NCBI GenBank assembly: GCA_016932415.1
Contig: JAFGCX010000011.1
Span: 104,115 to 168,114 of the forward strand
Direction of reading: 5' to 3'
Length of the DNA stretch: 64,000 nucleotides
Source: Candidatus Krumholzibacteriota bacterium
Lineage (GTDB): Bacteria; Krumholzibacteriota; Krumholzibacteriia; Krumholzibacteriales; Krumholzibacteriaceae
Part shown: piece after piece, positions 37,658-49,685 of the stretch
How positions within the stretch are numbered: the first letter of the stretch is position 1
Layout: the number at the start of each line of letters is the position of its first letter
Translations under genes and position numbers: made by a program
The notes under the pieces: generated by a model
What the model saw: only the letters and a program-made list of their open reading frames with translations
The model's database searches: none
Told to the model about the DNA's origin: nothing

Positions 37658-39457
37658 CTATGCGGTTACTTCGCCTTCCGCCGCTTCGGTCTCTATCGCC
37701 TTATGTACATAATACTGCTGGACGATCGACAGTATGTTGTTGATCAGCCAGTAAAGCACCAGGCCCGAAGGCATTCCGTAAAAAATAAACGTAAATACCA
37801 CCGGCATCATCGTTGTCATCATCTTGGTCTGCGCTGCCGGCCCCGCGTCTCCAGTCGGAGAGCCACCCATCTTTGACTGGACGAACATCGCCACGCCCAT
37901 CAGAAGAGGAAGCAGGTGGAACTCGCTTCCGATGACAGGCAGGCTGAAACCAAACCCGAACAGGACGTCCGGCGATGAAAGATCATTGATCCACAACCCA
38001 AGGGGGGCGTCTCTGAGTTCAATCGTGTTTCTGAGAACGTTAAAAAGAGCTATGAAAACAGGCATCTGAAAAAGAAGAGGCAGGCATCCGCCAAGGGGAT
38101 TGACCCCCGCCTCCTTGTACATCTTCATCGTTTCCTGGTTCAGTTTTTCTTTTTCGTTCTTGTACTTCTCCTGCAGGGCTTTGAGTTTTGGCTGGAGCCG
38201 CTGCATATCTTTCATCGATTTGAAGCTCTTGTGCGTGAGCCTGTAGAACAGGACTTTCGTCAGGATCGAGAGTATTATTATTATCAGCCCGTAGTTGGGA
38301 ATGAACCCTTTCATCCACATCATCAGGCGAAGGACAAAAACGCTGAAAAATCGCATCTTGCCAAGCTCTATTGTCCTTTCCAGCCCTACTCCGTAATCCT
38401 TCAGCCCGTTCATGTCAAGAGGCCCGAAATAACATTTGAACGAATCTTCGACTTTTCTCGGGTCTCCCCGGAATGGATAAAATATCGAATACCCGGACAT
38501 GCTGCTGTCCTTGTCTCCGAGCATCTCCAGGACTCCCGAGCGCTGCTCGTCCACTATTACCGCGCTGAGGAAGTATTTGCTTCTCGCGCCGGCCCAAACG
38601 ACCATGCCTTCCTGGACTTTCCTGTCCGTTTTGCCGAATTTGCCCGAGCCCTCCTTATAATATTCATCCCCCACGCGCCCGAGCGAGGCCATCTGCCTTA
38701 TCTCCCATTTTCTGTCTTTCTCGTTCAGCGCCAGGCCGCTCTCCCACGCGATCGCGTACCCACTGGCCCCTTTCATCTCTCCCTCTCTTACCAGGGAGAT
38801 CGCCACGCCTACTTCGTAGCCCTCTCGCGAGAACCGGAACCTTTTTTCGACAGTCCCTCCCGAAGCCCCTCTCCATCTGAAGAGGACTGTCGCCTCGATG
38901 CTTTCTCCGGTCAGGTCGATCTCCTCACCGTCATAGATCTCTCTGCCGTTGACAAGAGCGTCAAACCGGGCGCCGGAAAAGCCGGTCCTCTCCATGTCTT
39001 TCTCAACGTAGAGGGAAAGAGCCCCCTTCGCCCCTTCGGGAACGAGCTCAACATCCCCTCCGTCGCTCCTGGCGAATTCCCTCAGCTTAATACTCGTGAT
39101 CTCCCCGCCGAGACTGCTCAGCGCGACTCTCATCTTCTCCGTAGCGACGGTAAAATTCCTTGTCTCCGCCGGATCATCAGGGGAAAAGAGCCTCCCCGTT
39201 CCCTCCCGCGCCTTGCTTTCGAAAAACTCCCCCTCCGCCTTTTCTCCGCCCGCCGGCAGATCCTCATCCGCGCCCTCCCTCGCGCTGTATTCCGATCCGG
39301 CCTCGAGGGAAGCGAGTGAATCGGCTACGGCCTGCTCGCGCAGTTCCACGGCTCTTCTGAGCGCCGCCTCTTTCTGCCTGGGCGCCACATAGAGCATCTG
39401 CCATCCGAGCAATATCGCAAAGGTCACTGCTATAGCCAGAATAGAGCGCTTATCCAT
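37658..39457 (-). CDS. yidC: Membrane protein insertase YidC
   Basis: Large periplasmic P1 domain followed by the conserved 5-TM core (LLTKVLFYRL...GVNPLGGCLPLLFQMPVFIALFNVL). Confidence 0.9.
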   Translation of the reverse strand: MDKRSILAIAVTFAILLGWQMLYVAPRQKEAALRRAVELREQAVADSLASLEAGSEYSAREGADEDLPAGGEKAEGEFFESKAREGTGRLFSPDDPAETRNFTVATEKMRVALSSLGGEITSIKLREFARSDGGDVELVPEGAKGALSLYVEKDMERTGFSGARFDALVNGREIYDGEEIDLTGESIEATVLFRWRGASGGTVEKRFRFSREGYEVGVAISLVREGEMKGASGYAIAWESGLALNEKDRKWEIRQMASLGRVGDEYYKEGSGKFGKTDRKVQEGMVVWAGARSKYFLSAVIVDEQRSGVLEMLGDKDSSMSGYSIFYPFRGDPRKVEDSFKCYFGPLDMNGLKDYGVGLERTIELGKMRFFSVFVLRLMMWMKGFIPNYGLIIIILSILTKVLFYRLTHKSFKSMKDMQRLQPKLKALQEKYKNEKEKLNQETMKMYKEAGVNPLGGCLPLLFQMPVFIALFNVLRNTIELRDAPLGLWINDLSSPDVLFGFGFSLPVIGSEFHLLPLLMGVAMFVQSKMGGSPTGDAGPAAQTKMMTTMMPVVFTFIFYGMPSGLVLYWLINNILSIVQQYYVHKAIETEAAEGEVTA

Positions 39458-39504
39458 CCCTGTATTTCCCTTCTATAAGAAGATGATAGGTTTATCGGGC
39501 TTTT

Positions 39505-39735
39505 TCAGCGAACAGGATCATATCCGCCACGGGAGAACGGGTTGCATTTCAGAAGCCGGACAACGGCCTTGCCGCTTCCCTTGAAGAAACCATATTTCTT
39601 CAGAGATTCTTCCGCGTATGCCGAACAGGAAGGTGTAAACCTGCAGACCGGTGCGTGGTACGGGGAAATCGATATTCTGTATATCCTGACGGCCGCCAGA
39701 CCGGCTTTAGTCAGAATCCTGGATATCATCCGCAA
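39505..39735 (-). CDS. yidD: Membrane protein insertion efficiency factor YidD
   Basis: YRISISPYHAPVCRFTPSCSAYAEESL signature. Overlaps the rnpA stop by 10 nt. Confidence 0.85.
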   Translation of the reverse strand: MRMISRILTKAGLAAVRIYRISISPYHAPVCRFTPSCSAYAEESLKKYGFFKGSGKAVVRLLKCNPFSRGGYDPVR

Positions 39736-40094
39736 CTTGATATCAGTCCGGCTCTCTTGAGAGAGCTCACTACATCTTCCGTGAGTTCCTGAAATGATGT
39801 CTCCTCAGGACGAAATGAGGCTATAAATACTATCCAGATATTTTTCTCGTTAATTCGGTCCTTGACTGTTCTGAATATTTCCCTCATCAGCCTTTTCGCC
39901 CTGTTACGCTGATAAGCCTTTCCAACGTTCTTTTTGCTGGCCACGAATCCCGGCAGAAGGCCCCTGTTCTCATCATCCCCCTCACCGTTTCTTCCCAGGT
40001 ACAGTATCGTGATCTTTTGCCCCGCCTCCCTTTTCCCTTCACTGTAGACGAGCCTGAACTGCCTGCTATTCTTTAGTCCTTTCATCGATACCAT
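39726..40094 (-). CDS. rnpA: RNase P protein component RnpA
   Basis: Basic 122-aa protein with an RNR-like motif region (AYQRNRAKRLMRE). Sits 21 nt downstream of rpmH. Confidence 0.85.
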   Translation of the reverse strand: MVSMKGLKNSRQFRLVYSEGKREAGQKITILYLGRNGEGDDENRGLLPGFVASKKNVGKAYQRNRAKRLMREIFRTVKDRINEKNIWIVFIASFRPEETSFQELTEDVVSSLKRAGLISSCG

Positions 40095-40115
40095 CGCCCG
40101 GGCTCATCCCGGAGG

Positions 40116-40250
40116 TCATACGGCCAGCCTCTTTCTTCCTTTTTCTCTTCTTCGCCTGAGCACTTCCCTGCCGTTCTTCGTGCTCATTCTTTTTCTGAAT
40201 CCGTGAGTTCTTTTTCTTCTCTTGTTATGAGGCTGAAATGTGCGTTTCAT
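40116..40250 (-). CDS. rpmH: 50S ribosomal protein L34
   Basis: Not in the ORF track (<60 aa). Reverse-strand translation [44 protein letters not shown] is a near-perfect L34. Confidence 0.9.
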   Translation of the reverse strand: MKRTFQPHNKRRKRTHGFRKRMSTKNGREVLRRRREKGRKRLAV

Positions 40251-40627
40251 TTTCTATCCTTTTCCATTCATTTCCATGCAGATAGAGGCCTTTGAATATA
40301 TATAAACAACTTACAATAGAAGTCCTCATCTTTTTTGTCAAGCATTTTATCTCTATCTTTTTTAACTTGTTTGTTTATCATTCTTTTCAGATCTTATCCC
40401 CGCCGGTAATCTTTCCATTTTTTCGTCTTCTCCGCCCTTAAGGTATCCCGCAAGCTTTATCTCCTTGCATTTCCATCAGTTAGAATTTATTCCACATTTT
40501 ATGTAAATAATTCTTGATATCGATTTTTCCGTATGATACATTTCCGCCTGCGGGATCAGGGGAGGGTTCGTTTTTAAGGGCTTCGCAGCCCGTTTCTTTT
40601 CTTTTTTGCTTCCCCGGTTTTTTTGAT

Positions 40628-40636
40628 TGTGGATAA
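40628..40636 (-). promoter_or_regulatory. DnaA box TGTGGATAA (perfect consensus, reverse orientation)
   Basis: Exact reverse complement of TTATCCACA. Confidence 0.7.
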
Positions 40637-40695
40637 CGTCATGACATCATATTGAAAACCCCGCCGCTAATGTTGTTATTATTAAAGTTATAGAG

Positions 40696-40715
40696 TTTTC
40701 CACATTTGTGGAAAA
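40696..40715. promoter_or_regulatory. Palindromic pair of near-consensus DnaA boxes TTTTCCACA-tt-TGTGGAAAA overlapping the TTG at 40706
   Basis: Two 8/9 matches to the DnaA box arranged as a 20-bp inverted repeat immediately upstream of dnaA. A likely autoregulatory site. Confidence 0.5.
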
Positions 40716-40774
40716 CAAGAAAGATTTTGAAAGCTGCCGGCCTTTCCGACGGACCGGTATCTTCGGTCATTGCT

Positions 40775-42130
40775 ATGAGACTAGAACAAGACCCTGGCAT
40801 CGACATATGGGAAACGATCCTCGACAAGCTTAAAAAGGTCGTAAACGCGCAGAGCTTTCAGACCTGGTTTGCCCCCACCAGGCTGGCCGGATATGAAAGG
40901 GGCGTCCTGCTGGTCGAAGGACCAAATTCGTTTTTCATCGACTGGCTCGCCGAACACCACATCGACAAGATAACCGAGGCCGCCTCGGAAGTCCTTGGCG
41001 AAAAAGTAGTTATAGAGTTTTCGTCTCCCTCTCCGCGCAGGACTGTCCGCGCGGAGAAGCCTGTTGAGCGCTCCGTACTTGTCAGAGAGCCGGTCATCCT
41101 TCCCAACAGCGTTCAACTCAACAGCCGATACACGTTCCAGGAGTTTGTAGTGGGAAACGAAAACCTCCTGGCTCACGCGGCGGCCCTCGCAGTAGCTGAA
41201 AAACCGGCCCAGACCTACAACCCCCTTTTCATCTACGGCGGCCCCGGCCTGGGAAAGACTCATCTTCTGCAGGCTATTGGCCATTTTGTCCTCGAGGAAC
41301 ATCCCGGAATGAGGATCTCGTATGTCTCGACCGAGAGTTTCATGAACGAGCTTATCCGTTCGATCAGAAACGGCGAGACCTTCGAGTTCAAGGAACGCTA
41401 CCGCAATATAGATATTCTCCTGATAGACGACATCCACTTTCTCGCCGGCAAGGAAAGGACGCAGGAAGAGTTTTTCTATACTTTCAACGCTCTCCACAAC
41501 GCCAGCAAACAGATCGTCTGTACGAGCGACCGGCCCCCGAAAGAGATCCCGTCACTTCAGGACAGGCTTACTTCACGTTTCGAGTGGGGTCTTATAACCG
41601 ACATCCAGCCTCCAGACCTCGAGACCAGGGTCGCGATCCTGCGCAAAAAGGTCGAAAAGGAGATAATGCCTATCCCTGAAAGCGTCATCTTTCTTATAGC
41701 GGAGAACGTAAGGGGAAATACGAGGGAGCTGGAGGGGTCGCTCGTCAAGATCCTCGCCTGCGCCAGCCTGACAAACCAGGATATCAATGTCGATATGGCC
41801 GGTGAGGTACTGAAAGTCTTTATCTCGGGAGCTGAGAAGAAAAAGATCTCTATAAAGTCGATACAGCGTGCTGTCGCGGCGGAATTCGACATCCCCGTAC
41901 ACACGCTTTCCGCCAAGACGAGGATGAGCCGCGTCGTTGCGGCGCGCCAGGTCGCCATTTTTCTTTCCCGCGAACTTACCTCTCTTTCGCTGGTGCAGAT
42001 AGGAAAAGGTTTCGGGGGCAGGGACCACAGCACGGTCCTGCATTCGATCAAAAAGATAGAAACATCCATTTCCGTCGACCCGTCGCTTGAAAGGCAGATA
42101 TCCGCTCTCAGAAAAGATCTTGAGACCTGA
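40775..42130 (+). CDS. dnaA: Chromosomal replication initiator DnaA
   Basis: Domain I (IWETILDKL...FQTWF), AAA+ Walker A GGPGLGKTHLL, sensor motifs, C-terminal HTH (KTRMSRVVAARQVAIFLSREL). ATG at 40775 preferred. The track's TTG start at 40706 overlaps the DnaA-box palindrome. Confidence 0.95.
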   Translation: MRLEQDPGIDIWETILDKLKKVVNAQSFQTWFAPTRLAGYERGVLLVEGPNSFFIDWLAEHHIDKITEAASEVLGEKVVIEFSSPSPRRTVRAEKPVERSVLVREPVILPNSVQLNSRYTFQEFVVGNENLLAHAAALAVAEKPAQTYNPLFIYGGPGLGKTHLLQAIGHFVLEEHPGMRISYVSTESFMNELIRSIRNGETFEFKERYRNIDILLIDDIHFLAGKERTQEEFFYTFNALHNASKQIVCTSDRPPKEIPSLQDRLTSRFEWGLITDIQPPDLETRVAILRKKVEKEIMPIPESVIFLIAENVRGNTRELEGSLVKILACASLTNQDINVDMAGEVLKVFISGAEKKKISIKSIQRAVAAEFDIPVHTLSAKTRMSRVVAARQVAIFLSRELTSLSLVQIGKGFGGRDHSTVLHSIKKIETSISVDPSLERQISALRKDLET

Positions 42131-42145
42131 TCTCTTACCGCCTCG

Positions 42146-42154
42146 TTATCCACA
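42146..42154 (+). promoter_or_regulatory. DnaA box TTATCCACA (perfect)
   Basis: Exact consensus 16 nt after the dnaA stop. Confidence 0.7.
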
Positions 42155-42294
42155 TCCTCGCTGTTTATAAAATGTTGATTCCTGTTGGTATCTTTTCCCA
42201 TGGGCATAATTGTTGAGATTTTCCACTTGTTCACACAAATGCCAACACCGCTTCGCCTCCTGCCGCTCGAGCCTGTTCTTGAACACTTGGGTGA

Positions 42295-42311
42295 TTATCC
42301 ACATATCCACA
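42295..42311 (+). promoter_or_regulatory. Tandem DnaA boxes TTATCCACA + TATCCACA
   Basis: One exact box and an adjacent 8/9 box in direct orientation. Confidence 0.7.
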
Positions 42312-42480
42312 CGCTCTACTCCTACTACTGATTCTATTAATTACACAATGTCTGTATAATACCTCCTGTTTATATTTTCCCTTTATTTTGTCTTGTACGC
42401 GTGTATAAATTCCCTTATGATTCACTTTCCTGAAGAATGAAAAATTAATACGATTCAGAAAGCCTGGAGGAGGTAGCGGA

Positions 42481-43590
42481 GTGAAGGTAGTTATCCCGCT
42501 TGAAGAACTGAGCAAGAAAATGAACGCCATATCAGGCGTTGTCCCCGCGAAAACAACGATGCCGATACTCTCCATGACCCTTATCAAGGCCGACACTTCG
42601 GGGATCTCCTTTTCAGCCACAGACCTCGATATCTCAGTGACTTCAAAGGTGAACGGGAAGGTCGATGAAGAAGGATTGATTTCCGTACCGGCAAAAAAAA
42701 TAGCCGAGATCGTGAAATCGCTCTCCCAGGGAGAGGTAACGCTTTCGTCGAACGAAGAGAACAAACTCACTATCAAATGCGGGAAAAGCAGGTTTTCGGT
42801 AAATGGAAGAAGCGCGGAGGATTTTCCAAAACTACCCAAACAGGAAAGCAAGGCTGAATTCTCGATCGATTCCGCGCTTCTCGGAAAACTCGTCCAGAAG
42901 ACACTCTACGCGGTTTCGACCGACCTTACCCGGCCCGCGCTATGCGGCGTGAAGTGGGAAATCGACAAGGGTGGAGTCCTGATGGTTTCTACAGACGGAC
43001 ACAGGCTCGCGAAGGCCGAAGTGAAACTGGCGCTCGGAGAGATAAAGAAATCGGAAGTGATCGTGCCTCCAAAAGCCCTTTCGACATTCAAGGCATACGC
43101 CCAGAAAGACGAGATGATCAGGGTCAACATCGGAGATAACAGCATATCGTTCGAGATGGACGAGGTGTCGATTTATTCGCGCCTTCTCGAAGGACCCTTC
43201 CCGAATTATCAGAAAGTGATCCCGGCAAACAACACAAGAGAGATGCTTGTATCGAAGGAAGCTTTGTCGATGGCAACGAAACGCGTATCGATTCTTTCCG
43301 ACGCGCTGACGCATCAGGTGATCTTTTCTCTCGGTAAAGACAATCTGAGGCTCCATGTGACGACGCAGGATCTTGGAGAAGCGACAGAGGATATCGACGC
43401 GACATACTCTGATGAAGAGATGGAGATAGGTTACAACGCCGCGTATATTCAGGATATTCTCAGAACTTTCGATACTGACGATATCGCATTCAATCTCGAC
43501 AGACCGGACAATGCCGGAATAATAAAACCGGTCGAACAAAGCGGGGAAATCAAACAGCTCTGTATCGTCATGCCTCTGAGAATTCTGTGA
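42481..43590 (+). CDS. dnaN: DNA polymerase III beta sliding clamp DnaN
   Basis: GTG start with GGAGGAGG SD 7 nt upstream, three-domain clamp homology, C-terminus MPLRI. Confidence 0.9.
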   Translation: MKVVIPLEELSKKMNAISGVVPAKTTMPILSMTLIKADTSGISFSATDLDISVTSKVNGKVDEEGLISVPAKKIAEIVKSLSQGEVTLSSNEENKLTIKCGKSRFSVNGRSAEDFPKLPKQESKAEFSIDSALLGKLVQKTLYAVSTDLTRPALCGVKWEIDKGGVLMVSTDGHRLAKAEVKLALGEIKKSEVIVPPKALSTFKAYAQKDEMIRVNIGDNSISFEMDEVSIYSRLLEGPFPNYQKVIPANNTREMLVSKEALSMATKRVSILSDALTHQVIFSLGKDNLRLHVTTQDLGEATEDIDATYSDEEMEIGYNAAYIQDILRTFDTDDIAFNLDRPDNAGIIKPVEQSGEIKQLCIVMPLRIL

Positions 43591-43620
43591 TATTATCAGA
43601 GGGAAGTGTGGTGAGCAGGG

Positions 43621-44730
43621 TTGATCATTAAAGATATAGAGTGTGTCAATTTCCGGAATATCGAAAAAGCCAGCCTGGAATTCTCCGACACTTTCAATAT
43701 CATCGAGGGAGCGAACGCTCAGGGGAAGACGAATCTTCTTGAGGCTGCGCATGTTTTTTCCCTTGGAAGGGGTTTCAGGACAAGAAGGACAGACGAACTG
43801 GTAAGGTTCGGTGAGGAATATTTTTTCCTTAAGCTTGCCGGAAAAAGCGATAACGACGTGGATTTCACGATCGAGTTCGGATATGAACGGGGGGGCAAAC
43901 CAAGAGTCTCGGCTAACGGAAACAGGCTTTCATCCCTGTCGGGGATGATCGGTATAATGCCGACAGTAATATTCACGCCGGGAGATGTCGAGCTTGCCTC
44001 GGGACCTCCGTCGCAAAGAAGATTATTCATCGATTATACCGCCGCGCAAATATCTCCGGCTTTCCTCTCGGACCTGGGTGAGTTCAGGAGGGTCTTGAGG
44101 CACCGGAACACCCTGCTCAGAAAGATTTCAAGCGGAAACGGGGAAAAGGAAGAGCTTGGCGCCTGGGACGAGATTTTTATAAGAAAGGGCGCTGCCCTGA
44201 CAAGAGGAAGGATCGAGGTTCTCAGGCAGATCGAGGAAGCAGCGAGGGAGATATTCGAGAGGATCAGGCCGGCAGGGGAAAAGCTCGGAGCCAGATACCG
44301 GGCGTCTTCCCGCGTCGGGAAGGATTCGATCGAGGAAGATCTCAGAGAAGCGCTTGGCAGGAACGCGGGGACTGAACAGAAACGCGGGTTTACGCTGACA
44401 GGGCCGCAGTATGACGATGTCGACCTGTTGCTTGACGAGGTGCCGCTGAGGAGGTTCGGTTCCCAGGGAAGAAAAAGACTTGTCGCGGTCGTTCTTAAAC
44501 TTTCCCAGGCGGTTGTGATCATGGAGAGGCGAGGAGAGAGGCCCGTAGTCCTTCTCGATGATATTTTCTCCGAACTGGACGCCGAAATATCGGGAAAAGT
44601 AAGAGACCTCCTGTCGGACAGGTACCAGAGCCTTATAACTTCACCCCGCAGCGGCGCTTTTTCGCCTCTGCCGGAGGGAGCGGCTGTCTTCTCTGTCGAA
44701 AAAGGCTCTTTCAGGCGCCTGAAGCAGTAG
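43621..44730 (+). CDS. recF: DNA replication and repair protein RecF
   Basis: TTG start (an in-frame TGA lies 3 codons upstream), N-terminus IKDIECVNFRNI, Walker A GANAQGKTNLLEA, SMC-like signature region. Confidence 0.9.
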   Translation: MIIKDIECVNFRNIEKASLEFSDTFNIIEGANAQGKTNLLEAAHVFSLGRGFRTRRTDELVRFGEEYFFLKLAGKSDNDVDFTIEFGYERGGKPRVSANGNRLSSLSGMIGIMPTVIFTPGDVELASGPPSQRRLFIDYTAAQISPAFLSDLGEFRRVLRHRNTLLRKISSGNGEKEELGAWDEIFIRKGAALTRGRIEVLRQIEEAAREIFERIRPAGEKLGARYRASSRVGKDSIEEDLREALGRNAGTEQKRGFTLTGPQYDDVDLLLDEVPLRRFGSQGRKRLVAVVLKLSQAVVIMERRGERPVVLLDDIFSELDAEISGKVRDLLSDRYQSLITSPRSGAFSPLPEGAAVFSVEKGSFRRLKQ

Positions 44731-44802
44731 TTACATGACCCTTTTTTGGGGGAGATTTTTGTTTATTTTTGAGGGCGGACGTAATAGAATGAAACCGCCC
44801 CG

Positions 44803-47054
<2,252 letters not shown>

Positions 47055-47151
47055 GAAAGAGATAATATTGCAAGGGGCTCTTTTTGCAGCTTTCCCTAAA
47101 GAGTGGCGGAAAGGGGTCTTCCCGAGCGGGACGCAGAGGAGGCGCTGATAG

Positions 47152-49671
47152 ATGGATTTAAGCAGGCAACGGGTCATACCGGTCTACATAGAAGACAAGA
47201 TGAAAAGCAGCTATCTCGATTACTCGATGAGCGTGATCGTTTCGAGAGCCCTTCCCGATGTCAGGGACGGGCTCAAACCGGTACACCGGCGCATACTGCT
47301 AGCGATGAACGACCTGAACCTCGCTCATAACAAGCAGTATAGAAAATCGGCAAAACTTACTGGAGATGTCTCGGGTAACTATCATCCGCACGGGACCGCG
47401 TCGGTCTATGGAGCGGTCGTGAGACTGGCCCAGGATTTTTCGATGAGGTATCCCCTGATCGACGGGCAGGGGAACTTCGGGTCTATCGACGGAGACGCCG
47501 CCGCGGCGGAAAGGTACACGGAAGTCCGTATGGAAGCGATCGCCGAGGAACTGCTCGCTGATATAGACAAGGAAACGGTCGAATTCGGTCCGAACTATGA
47601 CGAGACACGGCAGATGGCCCTGGTGCTTCCGTCGAGAGTCCCCAATCTTCTGATAAACGGAGCCTCGGGGATCGCCGTCGGGATGGCGACGAACATCCCG
47701 CCCCACAACCTGACGGAGATAACGAACGCTCTTAAAGCCCTGCTCGACGATCCCGAGATCAGTGACAACAAGCTTTACCGCCATGTTCAGGGGCCGGATT
47801 TTCCGACCGGCGGAATAATATACGGAAGATCGGGAATCAGTGACGCTTACAGGACCGGGCGCGGACTTATTACTTTGAGAGCCAGGGCGAATATAGAGAC
47901 ACAGAAGGGCGGAAAGACAAGTATTGTCATATCGGAGATCCCCTACCAGACGAACAAGTCGGCGATAATCGAAAAAGTCGCCGAGCTGGTAAGGGCGGGA
48001 AAACTTTCCGGGATATCGGATATCAGGGATGAATCGGACAAAGAAGGGCTGAGGATCGTAGTCGATCTGAAAAGGGACGCTTACCCGAAGGTAGTGCTGA
48101 GCCACCTCTTCAAGCATACCGGGCTGCAGGTGACGTTCGGTATAATCATGCTGGCTCTCAACAGGCTGCGCCCCGAGGTGATGAGCCTCAGGCAGATGAT
48201 GGCTTATTACCTCGAGCACAGGGAAGAAGTCATCACCAGGAGAACGAGGTTCGATCTCGCCCGGGCAGAAGAAAGGGCGCATATACTGGAAGGGTACAAG
48301 ATCGCCCTCGATAATATAGACGAAATAATCAAGCTGATCAAAAAGAGCGCTTCTCCGGCCGAAGCAAAAAACGCGATGATGAAAAAGTTCGCGTTGAGCG
48401 ACCTGCAGGCGCAGGCGATCCTGGATATGAAGCTGCAGAGGCTGACCGGGCTCGAACGGAAAAAGATTGAGGATGAGTACCTTGCCCTGATACAGAAGAT
48501 CGCCTATTTCAAATCGATCCTTGAGAACCGGAACATGCTTCTGGAGCTGATAAGGGAAGAGCTTGAAGAGTTGAAAGAGAAGTATGGCGACGGAAGGCGC
48601 ACGGAGATACTCGATGCCGACGGGGAAGTCAACCTCGAAGACCTTATCGCCGAAGAGGAGATGATCATCACCGTGACGCATTCGGGGTATATCAAGAGGA
48701 TCCCGGTCGGAACGTACAAGCGCCAGAAAAGAGGGGGGAAGGGGATCACCGGCATGGGGATGAAAGACGAGGATTTCGTCGAACAGATGTTCATCGCCTC
48801 CACCCACAGTTATATCCTTTTCTTCACCAATACCGGAAAATGCTTCAGATTGAAAGTACACGAGATCCCCCAGGGCGGCCGGCTTGCCAGGGGAAAGGCG
48901 ATGGTCAATTTCTTCCCGATGAGCCAGGACGAAAACATTACCGAACTTATACCGGTAAGCGATTTCGACAACGGTGACTATCTTGTAATGGTGACAAGGC
49001 AGGGGATAGTCAAAAAGACGGAGCTTTCAGCCTATTCAAAGGTCCACAGCGGCGGACTTATAGCTATCAAACTGCGCGAAGGAGACAACCTCGTAAGAGC
49101 CAAGCTGACTTCCGGGAACGACGATCTGATAATCGCCAAAAAGAGGGGAAAGCTTGTCAGGTTCAACGAGACCCAGATAAGGGCTGTCAATAGAGCGTCG
49201 ATAGGGGTAAAGGGAGTGACTCTTGAGAAAGATGACGAAGTCGTCGAAATGGTGATCGTCAAGAGAGAGTCAGACCTCTTCTTCATAACGGAAAACGGTT
49301 ATGGGAAACGTACCCGGATCAGCGAGTTCCGAAACACCAACAGGGGCGGCAAGGGCGTCATATGCATACAGACGGGAGAACGCAACGGCAATCTCGTGAC
49401 CTCGAGAGAAGTAGTGGAATCGGATGAAGTTATGATCATAACAAAGAGTGGGATGATAATCAGATCGCCGGTGACAGGAGTCAGGGTCGTTGGAAGGGCG
49501 ACGAAAGGAGTCAGGATAATCAACCTGAAAGACGGAGATAAAGTCGTCGACGTAGCCCTCGTCGCCGGAGGAAAAGTCGACGATGATGACGAACCTGAAG
49601 ATGATGTCACGGCGGCAGAAACAGAGGCAGAGGGCGAGGAAGAGGAAGCCGGCCTCGATCCGGAAGAATAG
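47152..49671 (+). CDS. gyrA: DNA gyrase subunit A
   Basis: Active-site region and QRDR (HPHGTASVYGAVVRLAQDFS), six-bladed C-terminal beta-pinwheel with GyrA box, acidic tail. Confidence 0.97.
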   Translation: MDLSRQRVIPVYIEDKMKSSYLDYSMSVIVSRALPDVRDGLKPVHRRILLAMNDLNLAHNKQYRKSAKLTGDVSGNYHPHGTASVYGAVVRLAQDFSMRYPLIDGQGNFGSIDGDAAAAERYTEVRMEAIAEELLADIDKETVEFGPNYDETRQMALVLPSRVPNLLINGASGIAVGMATNIPPHNLTEITNALKALLDDPEISDNKLYRHVQGPDFPTGGIIYGRSGISDAYRTGRGLITLRARANIETQKGGKTSIVISEIPYQTNKSAIIEKVAELVRAGKLSGISDIRDESDKEGLRIVVDLKRDAYPKVVLSHLFKHTGLQVTFGIIMLALNRLRPEVMSLRQMMAYYLEHREEVITRRTRFDLARAEERAHILEGYKIALDNIDEIIKLIKKSASPAEAKNAMMKKFALSDLQAQAILDMKLQRLTGLERKKIEDEYLALIQKIAYFKSILENRNMLLELIREELEELKEKYGDGRRTEILDADGEVNLEDLIAEEEMIITVTHSGYIKRIPVGTYKRQKRGGKGITGMGMKDEDFVEQMFIASTHSYILFFTNTGKCFRLKVHEIPQGGRLARGKAMVNFFPMSQDENITELIPVSDFDNGDYLVMVTRQGIVKKTELSAYSKVHSGGLIAIKLREGDNLVRAKLTSGNDDLIIAKKRGKLVRFNETQIRAVNRASIGVKGVTLEKDDEVVEMVIVKRESDLFFITENGYGKRTRISEFRNTNRGGKGVICIQTGERNGNLVTSREVVESDEVMIITKSGMIIRSPVTGVRVVGRATKGVRIINLKDGDKVVDVALVAGGKVDDDDEPEDDVTAAETEAEGEEEEAGLDPEE

Positions 49672-49685
49672 AGAACCCAGGCGTC

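Larger units (their letters stand above)
40251..40774. other. oriC upstream module: AT-rich rpmH-dnaA intergenic region with DnaA boxes and divergent rpmH/dnaA promoters
   Basis: Strand switch of all flanking genes at this point. Contains the DnaA-box matches listed below and AT-rich tracts such as GAATATATATAAACAACTTACAATAGAAG. Confidence 0.6.
42131..42480. other. oriC downstream module: dnaA-dnaN intergenic region with consensus DnaA boxes and an AT-rich candidate unwinding element
   Basis: Perfect TTATCCACA at 42146-42154 and 42295-42303, followed by aTATCCACA at 42303-42311. AT-rich 42350-42460 (TGTATAATACCTCCTGTTTATATTTTCCCTTTATTTTG...). Confidence 0.6.

Noticed and set aside
40706-40774. 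Track-defined TTG start of dnaA at 40706
   Set aside because: It is a TTG codon embedded in a DnaA-box inverted repeat. The conserved DnaA domain I begins at the downstream ATG (40775), so 40775 is preferred.
47299-48861. 520-aa minus-strand ORF (and similar long antisense ORFs at 33508-34566 and 42940-43752)
   Set aside because: Antisense to the unambiguous gyrA, mnmG and dnaN genes. These are long shadow ORFs typical of GC-rich coding DNA.
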